Source: Acidimicrobiaceae bacterium
GTDB taxonomy: Bacteria > Actinomycetota > Acidimicrobiia > Actinomarinales > Actinomarinaceae
DNA length: 64,000 nt
Direction: 5' to 3'
Assembly: GCA_028404505.1 (NCBI GenBank)
Contig: JAOOBM010000003.1
Coordinates: 12,330-76,329 of the forward strand
Shown: positions 1 through 8,790 of the stretch, in pieces
Position numbering within the stretch: the first letter of the stretch is position 1
How the letters are laid out: every line of letters starts with the position of its first letter
Notes under the pieces: generated by a model
What the model was told of the DNA's origin: nothing
Seen by the model: the letters and a program-made list of their open reading frames with translations, nothing else
Database searches by the model: none
Position numbers and translations under genes: made by a program

Positions 1-1
1 T

Positions 2-484
2 AACTTAAAAAAAGTTGATTACAAAGAATTTAATCTATCGAATAAAAATCAAAAATTTTTATCAAAATTAATAGAAGGAAAAAAAATATGTACATATATT
101 CCATTGGACTCTGAACTAGATATTAATTTATTTTTAAATACATTCATAGAAATTCAAACAACTTTTCTTGATAATAATGAGTTGAATGTTTGTCTTTTGC
201 AAGAACCTTTTGTAATCAACAAACTTAAAATTTTGGAACCACAAAATATAGAAATAGCTGACAGTACTGAAATATTTTTTGTACCAGGATTGGCATTTTC
301 AAAATCTGGAGTACGACTCGGTAGAGGAAAGGGTCTCTATGATAAACTTTTGGCAAAATATCCAAATTCAATAAAGGTAGGAATATGTTCAAGTTTGAAT
401 CTTTTTGATAATTTACCACAAGAATCACACGATATAATTATGGATTATGTTCTCACAGAGAACGAAAATTTTAAAATACATTAA
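2..484 (+). CDS. 5-formyltetrahydrofolate cyclo-ligase (MTHFS family), 5' end outside window
   Basis: GLAFSKSGVRLGRGKGLYDKLL matches the MTHFS signature. The same frame is open from nt 2 (NLKKVDYKEF...ICTYIPLDSELD), so the TTG at 104 in the ORF track is probably internal. Confidence 0.75.
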   Translation, partial: NLKKVDYKEFNLSNKNQKFLSKLIEGKKICTYIPLDSELDINLFLNTFIEIQTTFLDNNELNVCLLQEPFVINKLKILEPQNIEIADSTEIFFVPGLAFSKSGVRLGRGKGLYDKLLAKYPNSIKVGICSSLNLFDNLPQESHDIIMDYVLTENENFKIH

Positions 485-495
485 AATTACAAACT

Positions 496-1536
496 ATGGA
501 TATAAGCATCAATGTTGGTTATTTTGGACCACATATATCAGAAGACAAAGATCTAATTAAAAAATTAGATGATATTGGTGTATCTTGTGTCTGGACAGCT
601 GAAGCCTATGGCTTCGATGCGGTAACACCTCTTGCATATTTCTCCGCTTTGACTGAGAATATGAACATTGGTTCAGGAATTATGCAAATTCCTGCAAGAA
701 CACCAGCAATGACAGCAATGACAGCTGTAACACTTGATCAAATGTCTAAAGGAAGATTTAGATTAGGTTTAGGTGTTTCAGGTCCACAGGTGGTGGAAGG
801 TTGGCACGGTGTACCATATGGAAAGCCACTTAAAAAAACTAGAGAATATGTAGAACTAGTTCGAAAAATTATTAGCAGGGATGGAAAAGTTGAACATCAT
901 GGCGATTATTATGATTTGCCATTAGAAGGTGAAGGTACAACAGGCTTAGGAAAGCCCTTGAAGCTGATTGAGCAACCGTTCAGAAGTGAAATTCCAATAT
1001 ATTTAGCTGCAGTAGGGTTAAAAAATGTAGAGCTAACTGCAGAAATTGCAGAAGGATGGTTGCCATTTATGTACTCACCAATTAAGGGTGAGGATATTTA
1101 TAAAGAATCGCTAAGTAATGGATTTAAAAAATCTGGTGATTCTGATAAAAAAGATAATTTTGAAATTGTAACAACTGTATTTGGTCGTGTTTGTGAAGAG
1201 GACGAAATTGACCAATATCTTTATCCGGCTAGAAATATTTATACCTTGTATGTAGGAGGCATGGGCGCAAAGTCAAAAAACTTCTATTACAACTTGTTTT
1301 GTGAATATGGATATGAGGATATTGCAGATGAACTTCAAAATCTTTATTTAAGTGGTAATAAAAAAGAATCTGAAGATCTTTTTCCAAAAGAGTTATTAAA
1401 TGAATTAACACTTGTAGGTACCAAAAAAGACATTGAAAAGAAGTTGGAAACTTGGAAAGAAAGTAACATAACTGAGATATCTCTCTCACTTCCAATTGAT
1501 TTTGAAACGGTTAAATTCATAAAAGAATTACTGTGA
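496..1536 (+). CDS. LLM-class (luciferase-like) F420/flavin-dependent oxidoreductase
   Basis: 346 aa. Typical LLM features: WTAEAYGFDA, GRFRLGLGVSGPQVVEGWHG, C-terminal GT..(D/E)I..KL. Its stop overlaps the next start (GTGA). Confidence 0.8.
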   Translation: MDISINVGYFGPHISEDKDLIKKLDDIGVSCVWTAEAYGFDAVTPLAYFSALTENMNIGSGIMQIPARTPAMTAMTAVTLDQMSKGRFRLGLGVSGPQVVEGWHGVPYGKPLKKTREYVELVRKIISRDGKVEHHGDYYDLPLEGEGTTGLGKPLKLIEQPFRSEIPIYLAAVGLKNVELTAEIAEGWLPFMYSPIKGEDIYKESLSNGFKKSGDSDKKDNFEIVTTVFGRVCEEDEIDQYLYPARNIYTLYVGGMGAKSKNFYYNLFCEYGYEDIADELQNLYLSGNKKESEDLFPKELLNELTLVGTKKDIEKKLETWKESNITEISLSLPIDFETVKFIKELL

Positions 1537-2876
1537 AAATTCTTCTAACATCTTTCTATGATTTAGGTAAACAACCAAAAATTATCGCTGAAATTGTTGA
1601 TAAGTATAAATCTGAAAATATTCAATTTGATATAGTCGACTTTTCGATAGATAGTCCTGAAATAAAAATATATGAATATGATGTACTTGGTATATATGCA
1701 CCAATGCATACTGCAACAGTTCTATCAATTGAATTTTTAAAGAACATAACCCTACCAAAGAAAGTTTTTACATTTGGTCTCTATGGTGCTGTTCTTGAGG
1801 ATTTTGATTCATCAATTAAATACTTCAGCAATATTGAAAATGGTGAGTTAGATACATTTTTAGATATTAATAAAAATGAGTTATTCTCTTTGAAAAATAA
1901 CATACCAAACAGAGATATTCTTCCTGATATATCTAATTATGCCCACCTGGTAAACGGATCTTCAAATTTAATAGCAGGATCAGTTGAAACAACCTATGGC
2001 TGTAAACATTCATGCACACATTGTCCAATACCAATCTCATTTCAGGGTAGTTTTAAGACCTACAATTTAGAAAAAATATTACTTGATGTTGAAAATCAAG
2101 TTAAATCTGGAGCAATGCATATATCATTTAATGATCCAGATTTTTTTAATGGTCCAATTCATGCTCTTAAAGTGCTTGAAATTCTTAATTCAAAATTTCC
2201 AGATGTCACTTACGATTCAACTATAAAGGTAGAGCATATTATTAAGTATGAAAAATACTTTAAAGAACTATCTTCTTTAAATATGATTTTTGTTATCTCA
2301 GCATTTGAAACCACAAATGATGAAGTTTTAACAATTTTAGAAAAAAATCATTCTAGTACTGATTTAGCCAATGCTATAGAGATATCACAAATCAATAATA
2401 TGGATATTCGTCCTACATGGATGCCTTTTTCTCCATGGACAAATCAAAGCGATTTAATTGACATAATTAATTTAATTGAAAAATATAACCTTAGAGAAAC
2501 TGTTGATCCTATACAATTAACCATCAAATTATTGATCCCTAAGCATTCACTTATTCTCCAAAGGTTAGAAATAAAAGGATATCTAAAAGATTATGACAAA
2601 AATTCATTGAGTTACGTGTGGGATTATAGAAATGAGGAAGTAAATAAATTACAAGTTTCTCTTTTTAATTACTTATTGGAAACCCCTGATTTAGATGAGC
2701 ATAGTCAGTATCTAGGTATGGTTAAAATAATTGAAAATATGACACAATCCAATTTGAAATTAGATATAAATTACACATATAAAAATGTACCAAAATTATC
2801 AGAAACTTGGTTTTGTTGTGCAGAGCCAAGTCAGATACAACTTGATAGAATAAAAACTAACACAGCATTGATATGA
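1533..2876 (+). CDS. radical SAM protein with N-terminal Rossmann/B12-binding-like domain and C-terminal CCAEP tail motif
   Basis: CxxxCxxC cluster motif (YGCKHSCTHCPIP) and C-terminal WFCCAEPSQ. From memory this resembles the CUAEP/CCAEP-tail radical SAM family. Coupled on both sides (GTGA, ATGA). Confidence 0.75.
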   Translation: MKILLTSFYDLGKQPKIIAEIVDKYKSENIQFDIVDFSIDSPEIKIYEYDVLGIYAPMHTATVLSIEFLKNITLPKKVFTFGLYGAVLEDFDSSIKYFSNIENGELDTFLDINKNELFSLKNNIPNRDILPDISNYAHLVNGSSNLIAGSVETTYGCKHSCTHCPIPISFQGSFKTYNLEKILLDVENQVKSGAMHISFNDPDFFNGPIHALKVLEILNSKFPDVTYDSTIKVEHIIKYEKYFKELSSLNMIFVISAFETTNDEVLTILEKNHSSTDLANAIEISQINNMDIRPTWMPFSPWTNQSDLIDIINLIEKYNLRETVDPIQLTIKLLIPKHSLILQRLEIKGYLKDYDKNSLSYVWDYRNEEVNKLQVSLFNYLLETPDLDEHSQYLGMVKIIENMTQSNLKLDINYTYKNVPKLSETWFCCAEPSQIQLDRIKTNTALI

Positions 2877-3379
2877 CAGAAATAAGTAATGAAGATATAA
2901 ATGTTTCTACTTGGAAAATTCCAAGCCCATTAGGCATAATTGGAAGTCATGCAGAGGGTAAGTTCAATGGTATGACAGCGAGTTGGATTACACAAGTTAG
3001 TATGGAACCAGCACTTATTGGAGTCGGTATTGACAATAAAAGTGTTACTTTTGACTTAATGAACAGAAGTAATTATTTTACATTAAATATGTTTTCACCC
3101 GAATATACAAAAGTTTTCGTTAAATTTTCAAAACCTGCTGAGTACTCTGAAGGTTTCTTAAATAAAGAACCAATAACTTTAACAAAGAATACTGTTCCAA
3201 TATTTGATAATGCAACTGTGTGGTTTGAGCTAAAAACTAATCAAAAAATTGATCTTGGAACCCACACTTTCTTTATTGGTGAGATATTAGATTGTAAAAC
3301 ACTTAACCCAGATGAAAGGGTTGCATACATGGGGGACACAAGAATGAAATATGGTGGTGTACCTCGTGGTGGACATTAG
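2873..3379 (+). CDS. flavin reductase family protein (FMN-binding split barrel)
   Basis: 168 aa. GMTASWITQVSMEPALIGVGID is typical of flavin reductase-like domain proteins. ATGA overlap with the radical SAM gene. Confidence 0.8.
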   Translation: MTEISNEDINVSTWKIPSPLGIIGSHAEGKFNGMTASWITQVSMEPALIGVGIDNKSVTFDLMNRSNYFTLNMFSPEYTKVFVKFSKPAEYSEGFLNKEPITLTKNTVPIFDNATVWFELKTNQKIDLGTHTFFIGEILDCKTLNPDERVAYMGDTRMKYGGVPRGGH

Positions 3380-3452
3380 TTCACATTAATTTAATATTTC
3401 ACAATTTATCTTTCTGGGTTGTAGATCTATAATTTTATTTGAAAGGAAATTT

Positions 3453-3989
3453 TTGAAATTAAAAAAAGGCGATGTAATAAACGAACTTACTTTACCTTCT
3501 GTTGATGGTTCTACATTTAATCTTGAATCAATAAAAGGTAAGAAAGCAATGATATCTTTCTATAGATATTCTTCATGTCCATTTTGCCATCTACGAATAA
3601 ATGAAATTATTGAAAAGGAAAGTGAATTCGGAGATAATTTTGTACCTATTGCCATATTTGACTGTGACTTTGATGATCTAGTAAAAAACTCAAAAAAGCA
3701 TGATGGTAAAATCATAATTTTATGTGATGATGATCGTATATATTTTGATAAGTTTGATGTACAAAACAGTTTCATAAGATTTTTAGTTGGTATCACGATT
3801 AGAGTTGATCGTTTTTTCAAGGCTTTGCTAAAAGGATATAATCCAGCTACAAATATTAGCGGTGCATTTTTAGGAATACCTGCTGACATACTTATTGATG
3901 AAAATGGTATTGTTGAAAATGCTTTTTACGGATCTCATACTGCAAGTCATATTCCTTTGAATGACGTTGTTGATTTTTCAAAAAGTTAA
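3453..3989 (+). CDS. peroxiredoxin-like / AhpC-TSA family redoxin
   Basis: Thioredoxin-fold pattern LPSVDGSTFNLESIKGKKAMISFYRYSSCPFCHLRI (CPFC). TTG start preceded by AAGGA. TATAAT at 3428..3433. Confidence 0.65.
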   Translation: MKLKKGDVINELTLPSVDGSTFNLESIKGKKAMISFYRYSSCPFCHLRINEIIEKESEFGDNFVPIAIFDCDFDDLVKNSKKHDGKIIILCDDDRIYFDKFDVQNSFIRFLVGITIRVDRFFKALLKGYNPATNISGAFLGIPADILIDENGIVENAFYGSHTASHIPLNDVVDFSKS

Positions 3990-4041
3990 AACTTTAACCT
4001 CTAAAAAAAAGAAAATCTCTAAAGTTTAGAAATTTAATATT

Positions 4042-4152
4042 ATGAAATGTATTAAATGTAAACATAAATGGAAAAGAACAAAATTAACGGAGTATGTCTC
4101 CTTTTTATCGCAATGTCCAAAATGTAAAAGTAGAATAATTCTAAGGTATTAA
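4042..4152 (+). CDS. 36-aa zinc-ribbon micro-protein (not in ORF track)
   Basis: Hand translation gives MKCIKCKHKWKRTKLTEYVSFLSQCPKCKSRIILRY, with two CxxC pairs. Its TAA overlaps the ATG of the next gene (TAATG at 4150..4154). Confidence 0.4.
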   Translation: MKCIKCKHKWKRTKLTEYVSFLSQCPKCKSRIILRY

Positions 4153-4844
4153 TGAAAAAAGTAGCTTTTAAAATCCTTACATACATATCAATATTTTTGG
4201 TTCTTCCAATTTTAAAATTATTTGGTAAAAAATATTACGAAACTAAGGTAGTCCCGAAGCTATTGACCGTTCTTTGTAATACAAAACCTAATCATTATCA
4301 AAGAAAAAAAGTTGTTCCATTAGCAACTGGTGATGTTGTTGAAATAGGTGTAGGTCCTGGATTAAATTTGCAATATTATAACTTCGAAAAGGTCAACAAA
4401 GTTATTGGTATAGATCCTTCAGATGAACTAAACAAAATTGCTAAAAAAAATGCTGACAAGGTCAATTTAGATATTGAATTTAATTTATCCTCAGCTGAAA
4501 GTATTGATTTACCAACATCCTCTGTAGATTCAGTAGTTTGTACTTTCTCATTGTGTTCTATTCCTGATCCAAACAAAGCTTTAAATGAAATTTTTAGGAT
4601 TTTAAAGCCAGGAGGTAAATACTTTTTCTGTGAACATGGAATTTCTCCAGATACGACCACAAGAGTATTTCAGAATGTGACAAACATATTTTATCCAAAA
4701 TTATCAGGAGGTTGTCATGCAAATAGAGATATACCAAAGTTAATAACTGATGCTGGATTAAATATTGTTGAAAAAGATACAATGTACTTACCAGGATCTG
4801 TAAAGTTTCTTGGATACAATTACTGGGGTGTAGCTGTTCGCTAG
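4152..4844 (+). CDS. class I SAM-dependent methyltransferase with N-terminal TM helix
   Basis: Motif I VVEIGVGPGLNL, ILKPGGKYFFCEH, Methyltransf_11-like. Confidence 0.8.
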   Translation: MKKVAFKILTYISIFLVLPILKLFGKKYYETKVVPKLLTVLCNTKPNHYQRKKVVPLATGDVVEIGVGPGLNLQYYNFEKVNKVIGIDPSDELNKIAKKNADKVNLDIEFNLSSAESIDLPTSSVDSVVCTFSLCSIPDPNKALNEIFRILKPGGKYFFCEHGISPDTTTRVFQNVTNIFYPKLSGGCHANRDIPKLITDAGLNIVEKDTMYLPGSVKFLGYNYWGVAVR

Positions 4845-5740
4845 ATATCCTTTATTGATAAAATTGCATCAACGCATGCCTCTGGTTGATCTTCTTGTAA
4901 AAAATGTCCGGCATCTTCAATTGTTACGTGAGGCATATCTTTGCACCCAGGAATTAATTTATAAAATGAATTTTCAACACCAGAAAATATAGGGTCCTTA
5001 TCGCTAAATGCGCATAAAAATGGTTTTTTCCATTCTCTTAATATTTTCCAGGTTTCTTTATTTGGTTCCGCACTTGGAGTTCTAGGCGTACCTGGAACTA
5101 AGTTTGGAAATTGTCTAACTCCTTGTTTGTGATCATCATCTGGAAATGGAGCATTGTATGCAGCAAGCGCATTTTCATCTATTCCTTTTGTCGTGCCATT
5201 CCTTACTTGTCCAGCAACATGAAGATCAGGTTTTATCTGTAAAAATTCACGAAACACCGCAAACCCTTCGCTTAAAGGAGCCTTACCAGTAGGTAGTCCT
5301 GTATTTGCAGCAACAATTTTTTCAAATCTATCACCATACTTTGCTGCAAGCCTCAAACCTATCAAGCCACCCCAGTCCTGACAAAAGAGAGTAATATTTT
5401 TTAAATCAGTATTCTCAATAAATTGTGACATCCAATCTACAAATCCTTCATAGGAATAGTTATATCTCACTGAAAATTTATCAGATTTTCCAAATCCAGG
5501 TAAATCAGGAACAACTACACGGTATCCATTCTCTTTCAATGGATCGATCATGTTTCTGTATAAATATCCCCAAGTAGGATTTCCATGTAAAAGAAGAACA
5601 CATTCATCACTAGTTGAATTTTCATCAACAAAATGAATATCCAATTCTCCAAATTCTGATGTTACAGTTGTGAAATTTTCTTTATACTTCCAATCACTTA
5701 GATTTTCAAATAAAGTTAAATCTGTTTTTAAAATCGACAT
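4841..5740 (-). CDS. haloalkane dehalogenase (alpha/beta hydrolase)
   Basis: LLLHGNPTWGYLYRNMI and the nucleophile elbow CQDWGG are characteristic of DhlA/DhmA-type haloalkane dehalogenases. C-terminal GHFLQED. Confidence 0.8.
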   Translation of the reverse strand: MSILKTDLTLFENLSDWKYKENFTTVTSEFGELDIHFVDENSTSDECVLLLHGNPTWGYLYRNMIDPLKENGYRVVVPDLPGFGKSDKFSVRYNYSYEGFVDWMSQFIENTDLKNITLFCQDWGGLIGLRLAAKYGDRFEKIVAANTGLPTGKAPLSEGFAVFREFLQIKPDLHVAGQVRNGTTKGIDENALAAYNAPFPDDDHKQGVRQFPNLVPGTPRTPSAEPNKETWKILREWKKPFLCAFSDKDPIFSGVENSFYKLIPGCKDMPHVTIEDAGHFLQEDQPEACVDAILSIKDI

Positions 5741-5819
5741 GATTATATTTTAGTGATCATGATTAAAATTTTCTTATTTACTTCAAAGTAACTATCAAGC
5801 CTAAAAAACTTAAATTAAT

Positions 5820-6455
5820 ATGTATATGATGAGAAAAACTATCAATAAGTCTCTTCCATATATTGTTGGAATAATTATCGGAATCGTAAGTTTTCTACCA
5901 TTTACAAGACCAACATCTACAGCCGCATTCCTAACTGGTTTTGGGAAAGATGCTATTAATCAGTGGAATTATTATCTTGATTACGGATTAGAGTCACAAA
6001 ATATTTGGCAAAGGGCTTATGTTTCATTATTAGGATTACTACCTAGTGCTAGTCCCGAAGTTATTTATCTACAGACAAGTTTTGATGACAGGGGAGAGTC
6101 ATTATCTGGTAACTGTAGCTACACACTATCAGGAAAAGTTCCTGATGCACGGTACTGGAGTTATGCAATTTATGGAAATGATAACTATTATCTACAAGAT
6201 CCTAATAGCTTATTTGATGAACCAACTTTTGATGATTTGTTTGCTCAAGTTACAAATGGAAGCGAGCTTACATCAATAATTGGTGAAAATTACATAATTA
6301 AAATAGATAATAATCTAATTAATCAAAATGGCACATTAAGTCATTTTGGAAATGATTTCACCTTAATTTATAGAATTTACGGACCTAACTTAAATTATTA
6401 TGAAAATCCAACATCGATTCCTGTCGCAAGCATTATCAATGAGGGTTGTAAATGA
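5820..6455 (+). CDS. membrane-anchored DUF1214-like protein
   Basis: N-terminal TM helix. CSYTLSGKVPDARYWSYAIYG resembles the DUF1214 core (Y.l....P....FWS.t.Y). Assigned from memory of the family pattern. Confidence 0.45.
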   Translation: MYMMRKTINKSLPYIVGIIIGIVSFLPFTRPTSTAAFLTGFGKDAINQWNYYLDYGLESQNIWQRAYVSLLGLLPSASPEVIYLQTSFDDRGESLSGNCSYTLSGKVPDARYWSYAIYGNDNYYLQDPNSLFDEPTFDDLFAQVTNGSELTSIIGENYIIKIDNNLINQNGTLSHFGNDFTLIYRIYGPNLNYYENPTSIPVASIINEGCK

Positions 6456-6991
6456 AAAGTTGGACTATAAAAATTTCAATAGTTGCCTTGGTCACCCACG
6501 TTTTTTTAATTTTTATGGGTCCATATATTGTTATGAATCAACTGGATAGGAATATTGCTGATGCTATCGAAAATCCCTTCGAAGGTTGTGAGGATACTTA
6601 TGAAGGTATAATTGGATATTTAGACCAAGTTTGTATCTCTAAAAGATCCTCAACAAGAATGCCAAATTATGATTTTATGTACACCATGTGCAGATATGAC
6701 TTAGCTAATGGGGATTTATTTGTATCTATGCCAGTACCAGAAGATGAACGTTACTGGGTTGTTCATGTGCACAATAACAATACGACTGTTGAGTTTAAAA
6801 TAAATAATTTACAAATAGAAAATGAAAGGTATGAATTTCTGATAACAAGCTCAAATAACCAAAATGAAGAAATAAAAACTATACAAACAACAAATAAAGG
6901 AACAGTTTTTTGGAGACTGTTAGTTAATACAGCAGATGAGATCTCTAAATTAGATCAGTTTAGAAGGACTACAGTTTGTGAATACAGATAA
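6452..6991 (+). CDS. membrane-anchored DUF1254-like protein
   Basis: N-terminal TM helix. YDLANGDLFVSMPVPEDERYWVVHVHN resembles the DUF1254 core (ldL..gPlvl.vP...RYy...). ATGA overlap with the upstream gene. Confidence 0.45.
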   Translation: MKSWTIKISIVALVTHVFLIFMGPYIVMNQLDRNIADAIENPFEGCEDTYEGIIGYLDQVCISKRSSTRMPNYDFMYTMCRYDLANGDLFVSMPVPEDERYWVVHVHNNNTTVEFKINNLQIENERYEFLITSSNNQNEEIKTIQTTNKGTVFWRLLVNTADEISKLDQFRRTTVCEYR

Positions 6992-8216
6992 TAATTACAA
7001 TCCTATTGATTTATCAAAAAGTTTTTTTGCAAAAAAAACATTGCCTAATCAGGTAAGTATTCAAGAGGGTTTCAATGTTGAGTTGTTTGAAGTTAACAAA
7101 AATTTAGCTTTCATAAAAAATTTTGGGAATGTAGCAGCTTTTAAAGATGGTACATCTGCGTTGTTGATAGATACAGGCATGGGAGTTTCATCTGTTCAAG
7201 TTGTAAGTAAATTAAAGGAATGGGGAATTGAAAATGTGGAATTTATTATTTATACCCATGGGCATGTAGATCACGTTACTGGTACTGATTACATCATTAA
7301 TGCATTTGCAAATAGCAACACAGAAGTTATTGGTCATAAAAATATTGTTAATAGGTTTGATCGCTATAAAAAAACTATTGGATATAACGGTATTATTAAC
7401 CAAAGACAGTTTGGATTACCTTCTCCGGTTTTTCCTAATGAATTTACTTATCCTGATACAACCTACGATGATAGTTATGAACTTGAATTTAACAATTCAA
7501 TACTGAAGTTGTTTCACGGGAAAGGTGAAACTGATGATGCAACCTATATTTATTCAGAAAAAGACAATGCTCTATTCACAGGTGATTTTTTTATATGGTC
7601 CTTACCGAATGCTGGAAATCCATCCAAATCTCAAAGATATGTGGGTTCGTGGGGAGAAGTGCTAAAAAAAATGTCTGAATTAAATTCGGAATATCTTTTT
7701 CCTGGTCATGGTCCATTGATCAAAGGAAAAAAACAAATTACTAAAGTACTTCTTGATACGAGTAATTGTATGTTGTGGATTGAGGACAATGTTTTATCAT
7801 TGATGAATAGTGGACATTCTCTTCGAGAAATTCATTCAAAATTATCACTTCCTTCTGAATTTCAACAGCCATATTTAGTTTCTGTATATGATGACTTCAA
7901 ATTTCTAATTAATTCTGTATGGAGACAATATGGAGGTTGGTACTCAGGAACTCCATCGGAATTAAAACCTCCTGCTCTTGATGAAATAGGAAAAACCTAT
8001 ATTGACATGGCCGGAGGAGAAGATAATTTACTTGAATTCTTAAACTCATTAGTTTCTTCAGAAAAATATAGAGAAGCGTCTGTTATTGTTGACGCCGTAT
8101 ACACAGTAAACAAAGAGTTATTTAGTGAGATTAAAAATGAAATTTATCTTAAATTATCTGAACAAGAAACTTCACTAATGGCAAAAGGTATTTATAAATT
8201 TGATCTTGATTCATGA
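6978..8216 (+). CDS. alkyl/aryl-sulfatase-like MBL-fold hydrolase (no SCP2-type C-terminal domain)
   Basis: MBL motif YTHGHVDHVTG. WRQYGGWYSGTPSELKP...GGEDNLLEFL resembles the alkyl-sulfatase dimerisation domain. The protein ends at about 412 aa. Confidence 0.65.
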   Translation: MNTDNNYNPIDLSKSFFAKKTLPNQVSIQEGFNVELFEVNKNLAFIKNFGNVAAFKDGTSALLIDTGMGVSSVQVVSKLKEWGIENVEFIIYTHGHVDHVTGTDYIINAFANSNTEVIGHKNIVNRFDRYKKTIGYNGIINQRQFGLPSPVFPNEFTYPDTTYDDSYELEFNNSILKLFHGKGETDDATYIYSEKDNALFTGDFFIWSLPNAGNPSKSQRYVGSWGEVLKKMSELNSEYLFPGHGPLIKGKKQITKVLLDTSNCMLWIEDNVLSLMNSGHSLREIHSKLSLPSEFQQPYLVSVYDDFKFLINSVWRQYGGWYSGTPSELKPPALDEIGKTYIDMAGGEDNLLEFLNSLVSSEKYREASVIVDAVYTVNKELFSEIKNEIYLKLSEQETSLMAKGIYKFDLDS

Positions 8217-8732
8217 TTAAAGGTCATGAATTACGCTGGTAACAACACCCCAGATTTGTGCTTCACTTTTTCCATTCAGCTCTATAGGCTCATAGTCTTC
8301 ATTCTCAGGTTGCAAGACAACTGATGATCTTTTTTTAACATATCTTTTTACTGTTAGCTCACCATCAATTATTGCTATTACCACATTCCCATTTTCGGCT
8401 TTGATGCTTTTATCGACTACCAAAATATCATTTGGGAATATTCCAGCGTTTATCATTGAATTTCCTGATGCCCTTACCAAAAATGTTGATGCAGGATGTT
8501 TTACTAGATATTGGTTGAGGTCAATCTTGTCTTCTAAGTAGTCATCTGCAGGGGATGGGAAGCCTGCTGCAACTCGGTCTCCGTATAGAGGAATTTCGTA
8601 AAGGCCTTTACTTACTATTTCTGAAATGTACTTAACTTTACTTTCCGGTACACGAATCGCTTTAGTTGCCTCGCCATACTTGCCTTGACCTCTAGGCCTT
8701 CCTGCTCCTTTTCTTGCTCCACCTTTTGGCAT
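8217..8732 (-). CDS. umuD: UmuD-like S24 self-cleaving peptidase with extended basic N-terminal arm
   Basis: RVAAGFPSPADDY aligns with the UmuD cleavage region (A56-G57). SGNSM Ser nucleophile and TVKRY Lys are present. The N-terminus is MPKGGARKGAGRPRGQGK. Confidence 0.8.
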   Translation of the reverse strand: MPKGGARKGAGRPRGQGKYGEATKAIRVPESKVKYISEIVSKGLYEIPLYGDRVAAGFPSPADDYLEDKIDLNQYLVKHPASTFLVRASGNSMINAGIFPNDILVVDKSIKAENGNVVIAIIDGELTVKRYVKKRSSVVLQPENEDYEPIELNGKSEAQIWGVVTSVIHDL

Positions 8733-8755
8733 AAAAATGTCTTTCTTTTATCTTA

Positions 8756-8773
8756 GAATAGTGTACAGTATTC
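8756..8773. promoter_or_regulatory. 18-bp near-perfect palindrome GAATAGTGTACAGTATTC in the umuD/umuC divergent intergenic region
   Basis: Read directly. 16 of 18 positions are self-complementary around a TGTACA core. It overlaps the -10-like TAGAAT at 8754..8759. Confidence 0.35.
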
Positions 8774-8790
8774 AAAGAAATAAATAAAGA

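Noticed and set aside
225-428. Antisense ORFs nested inside longer genes. Examples: 225..428, 1229..1495, 3560..3889, 4376..4782, 9122..9493, 12770..13096, 14346..14570, 15896..16159, 17339..18651, 23047..23397, 29339..29668, 37949..38188, 47866..48276, 48654..48935.
   Set aside because: These are shadow ORFs opposite well-supported genes. Their composition is low-complexity or skewed, and none has a recognisable family.
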